A DNA stretch of 64,000 nucleotides, taken from assembly GCF_963921235.1 (NCBI RefSeq), contig NC_086097.1:98954001-99018000 (forward strand), given 5' to 3'. This document shows positions 60,740 to 64,000 of this stretch, piece after piece. The position numbers were made by a program, and so were the translations under genes. The stretch is from Mobula hypostoma. Lineage: Eukaryota. Under the pieces are notes generated by a model. It saw only the letters and a program-made list of their open reading frames with translations, made no database searches and was not told the origin of the DNA. Each line of letters begins with the position of its first letter. The first letter of the stretch is position 1.

Positions 60740-61156
60740 TTCTGGCAAAGCATCACCTTATATTTCATCTGGGAAGCCAATATGATGGCATGAATATCGA
60801 TTTCTCCTTCTGATAAAAAAATTATCTCCCCCCTCCCTTCTTCTTTCATTCCCCATTCTGGTCCCTTACCTCTTCTCACCTGCCTATGATCTCCTCCTTC
60901 CCGTTCTCCTATGGTCCACTCTCCTCTCCTATCAGATTCCTTCTTCTCCAGCCCTTTAACCTTTCCTACCCACCTGGTTTCACCTTCTAACTATCCTCCT
61001 TCCCCTCCCTCCACCTTTTTATAGTGGCGTCTTCCCCTTTCCTTTCCAGCCCTGATGAAGGGTCTCGGCCTGAAACGTTGACTGTTTATTAATTTCCACA
61101 GATGCTGCCTGACCTGCTGAGTTCTTCCAGCATTTTGTGTGCGTTGCGTAAGATTC
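60740..61156 (+). mobile_element. Penelope 3' fragment with minimal hammerhead (61047-61084)
   Basis: ORF end remnant (cttatatttcatctggg..gatggcatgaatatcgatttctcc), pyrimidine-rich UTR, then CAGCC-CTGATGA-AGG-GTCTCGG-CCT-GAAA-C-GTT-GACTG. Confidence 0.82.
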
Positions 61157-61312
61157 TGGTTGACGTTTTACCCTGCCAAGTGGTGGGGACTGAACTGAGA
61201 TCGGCATGTTCTACGGCCACAGAGGGTGATTCATTTAGTATGCAGCAGGACGGTCCCTAATGTGACCTAGCTATGTAGCTCAAGTGCTGTGAGTGTGGTT
61301 GTGGCGTCGTAC

Positions 61313-61485
61313 CTCTGCAGGATTGCCTGGCATTTGCTGATGATCTGAGCAGAATCGGAGTGCTTGTCCTGCTTCAGCTGCAGAGCGAATCTCTCCATCA
61401 TGTTTACCTTCTCCAGTTGAGCCTCCACCGCTTTTTCAAACTGTTCGTGCTTTTGCTGCAAGTTCTCTACCCTGGGCAGGGAATC
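61313..61485 (-). CDS. SPTBN5: SPTBN5 exon: DSLPRVENLQQKHEQFEK...CQAILQ
   Basis: Acceptor CTCCAG|GAT, donor AG|GTACGA. 173 nt, phase 0 to 2. Confidence 0.9.
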
Positions 61486-61777
61486 CTGGAGCAGCACAGG
61501 CGGGACAAAACAGAAGAGACTCAGCAACATGGTTTCAGGTCCAGGAAACAGAGAGTGAGAGTAGAGGCTAATGGCACTCATGCAGACATCGTTGCTATTC
61601 CAAACTTACATGAATTATTTGGACTTTGGAATGAAAACATTTCTGAAATTCTGGATGTCACTGGGCTCAGAGCCTCAACTTCTGATCAGTTACTGTTTCA
61701 TTATTATCACACATATTGAGATACAGGGAAGAGTTTTTGTTTGCATGCTCTGCAGTGGATCATTCCCATTCCATACA

Positions 61778-62308
61778 CACACTCCGTAGCCAGACTATTA
61801 TGTACACCTCTACATCTGCTTGTTAATCAGCCAATCACGTGGCAGCAACTCAATGCATAAAAGCATGCAGACATGGTCATGAGATTCAGTTGTTGTTCAG
61901 ACCAAACATCAGAATGGAGAAGAAATGTGATCTAAGTGAATTTGACTGTGGAATGATAGTTGGTGCCAGATGGGGTGGTTTGAGTATTTCAGAAACTGCT
62001 GATCTCCTGGGATTTTCACTCACAACAGTCTCCAGAGTTTACAGAGAATGGTGTGAGAAAAGGAAACATCCACTGAGCAACTGTTCTGTGGGCAAGAATG
62101 CCTTGTTAATGAGAAAGGTCAGAGAAAATGGCCGAAGTGGTTCAAGCTGACAGGAAGGTGACAGTAACTCAGATAATCACATGATACAATAGTGGAGTGA
62201 AGAAGAACATCTCTAACTGCACAACATGTTGACCTAGACGTGAATGGAGTACAAAAGCAGGCACACACTCAGTGGTAGGAGGTACCCAGCAAAGTGGCCT
62301 CTGAGTGT
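61778..62308 (+). mobile_element. Internally deleted Tc1/mariner element
   Basis: Transposase N-terminal HTH MEKKCDLSEFDCGMIVGARWGGLSISETADLLGFSLTTVSRVYREW. Decayed TIRs cacactccgtagcca.. and ..aaagtggcctctgagtgt. Confidence 0.82.
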
Positions 62309-62309
62309 T

Positions 62310-62880
62310 CGTACAAAGGAAGAAAAACAGAAAGCAGAACATTGTGTTACAGTTACAGAGAAGGTGCAGTGCAGGCAGACAAATAAAATCTGAGGGCCGT
62401 GACAATGTAGATTGAGAGATTAAGAGATCACTTTTAGCATCAAAGAAGCAAATTCATGAGTATTTAAAAACAGGTTGGAAGCTGCACCTGACCCTGATGT
62501 TACCTGTTCTCTAGGTTTTGTATTTTTTGTCCGATGGGAGGGAGTGGGGGTGGGGAGAGGAGAAAATGACTGGGATGGGCAGGATGCTTTCTTGAGACAG
62601 TGAGGAATGTTGACAGAGCCAGTGGAGGGGAGGCTGGTTTGTGTGATGGACTGGGCTGTGTCCACAACCCTTTGCAATTTCTTGTGATCTCGGCCAGAGC
62701 TGTTGCCATAACCAGCTGGGATGCATCGAGGTAGGATGCTTTCGATGGTGCATTTGTAAAAAGTTTGAGAGTCATTAAGGACATATCAAATTCTCTTAGA
62801 CTTCTGAGGAAACGGAGGATCTGGTGTGCTTGCTTCCGTCGCATTCACATGGCTGGAGCAGGACAAGTTACATATCAGAA
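62310..62880 (-). mobile_element. Degenerate Rex1/Babar-like LINE 3' fragment
   Basis: FLRSLREFDMSLMTLKLF; RVVDTAQSITQTSLPS..CLKKAS. Confidence 0.6.
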
Positions 62881-62959
62881 CTTGAAGCTCTCAACCACCT
62901 CCACTGACTCAAAGAGGGTGCTTACTCCAGCTTTTTAACCAGCTCTTTTGTTGGATCTA

Positions 62960-63690
62960 GTCACCAAGGTGACGCCAAAAGAGATTCGAAAGTAGATTGT
63001 GAAGAGGACATAAGGTGGCTAGAAAGGAATTTTGTATAGTTAGGGGAGTGGACAGAGGTCTGGGAAGCATAATTTGGAAACTGTAAATTTGTCCAATTCC
63101 ACAGGAAAGCTATAAAAAAACATTATTTAAATGATGAGAAATTGCTGACCTCTGCTATGCCCTGTGTACCCAGGGGAAAGGTTTGCAAAAAGCTAAGGTG
63201 CAGGTACCAAAAATAATTATGAGGCATCTTCAAAACAAAGTTTGGAGACTTAGGATTCAGTGACATAGATAAACTGGTGACATCGTATGTGGAGTATTGT
63301 GCTCCCAACTGGTCTACTTACATAAGGAAGGATATAAACACATTGGAAGCTGTCCTGAGGGTTACTGGTCTAATACTTGAAATGGGTGTGTTGCCAAATG
63401 AGGAAAGGTTACAGAGGCAAGCCTGATATCCTCTGGAATTTAGAGGACTGACAGAGACCTGATTGATGGGATAGATGTCAGGAGACTGCCTCCTCTGGTC
63501 GGAGAACTGAAGTGGAGGTGAGGTGCAATCTTTTCTCTGCGGGCCATCAGCCCTCACAACTCTCTTCTTCAAAGGGTGAAGGAAGTGATGTCTCTGACTA
63601 TTTCTAAGGCCATTGTAAATGAACAGTTGATAACCAAGGGGGTGAAGTGTTACAGGAAGTAGACAGGAATGTGGAACTAAGGTTACAATC
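62960..63690 (+). mobile_element. Highly degenerate CR1 3' fragment
   Basis: ggagtattgtgctcccaactggtct..aggaaggatata..ctctggaatttagagga. Confidence 0.6.
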
Positions 63691-63904
63691 AGAGCAGAAA
63701 CCTTCCTTTCACCCCCATCCCAATGAGTGGTCTGGGACCCGAAATGCTTTCTGTTCCTCCTTCCCCAGGTGCTGTCCGATCTGCTGAGTGTTTCCTGTAT
63801 TCCTTATTTTTTTTTATCTCAGATCGCCAGCAACTGCAGCTTTTCTTTTGCTTTCTGATTGTAATTCCCATCACCTGTCCAAATACACAAGGCTGAAAAC
63901 CTAC

Positions 63905-64000
63905 CCCATAGTCTTCGTTGGCCAGGAACGCCTCCTTGCTGCTCAGCCAGGTCTCGCTCTGTTCCACGTAGCCATAGAATACCTGCAATGATCCAAGTTC
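63905..64000 (-). CDS. SPTBN5: SPTBN5 exon (5' boundary uncertain, probably outside window): ELGSLQVFYGYVEQSETWLSSKEAFLANEDYG
   Basis: Spectrin helix A motif. Donor GGG|GTAGGT at 63904, phase 0. Confidence 0.85.

Larger units (their letters stand above)
5447..64000 (-). other. SPTBN5: Multi-exon spectrin beta chain, non-erythrocytic 5-like gene (3' part, 17 exons in window, continues past both edges)
   Basis: 17 exons joined with matching phases give about 1162 aa without a stop. Spectrin-repeat Trp and L..KH..F motifs recur about every 106 aa. The last repeat DSVSEVEDLIKKHEDFEKMLAAQDEKFGQL and alpha-like repeats (LQGKLQKHQTFETEV) fit beta-V/heavy spectrin as I recall it. Orthology was not checked by search. 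Confidence 0.85.

Overview
This is eukaryotic vertebrate DNA, not prokaryotic. The repeat content (CR1 LINEs with octamer tails, Penelope elements, V-SINE/HE1-like SINEs) suggests a cartilaginous fish, probably a ray; that is an inference. The whole window lies inside one minus-strand gene, a heavy beta-spectrin (SPTBN5/beta-V-like). I traced 17 coding exons by hand from 64000 down to 5447. All junctions within the window are GT-AG, all phases match, and the exons splice into an uninterrupted frame of about 1162 aa: roughly 8.5 spectrin repeats followed by a 250-aa Ser/Pro-rich exon. The gene continues past both window edges. Introns hold a near-full-length decayed CR1 (ORF1 zinc finger plus esterase, ORF2 APE-RT), many LINE fragments, Penelope pieces with minimal hammerhead ribozyme motifs, SINEs, hAT and Tc1 derivatives, and six tandem arrays covering about a third of the window. 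The very long ORFs in the track are tandem-repeat artefacts. I found no convincing new multi-gene system. The best leads are the strand-biased hammerhead motifs, an 11-kb intronic satellite with branch-point consensus on the sense strand, a set of antisense splice signals at the end of a G-rich array, a GAG acceptor and the long linker exon.
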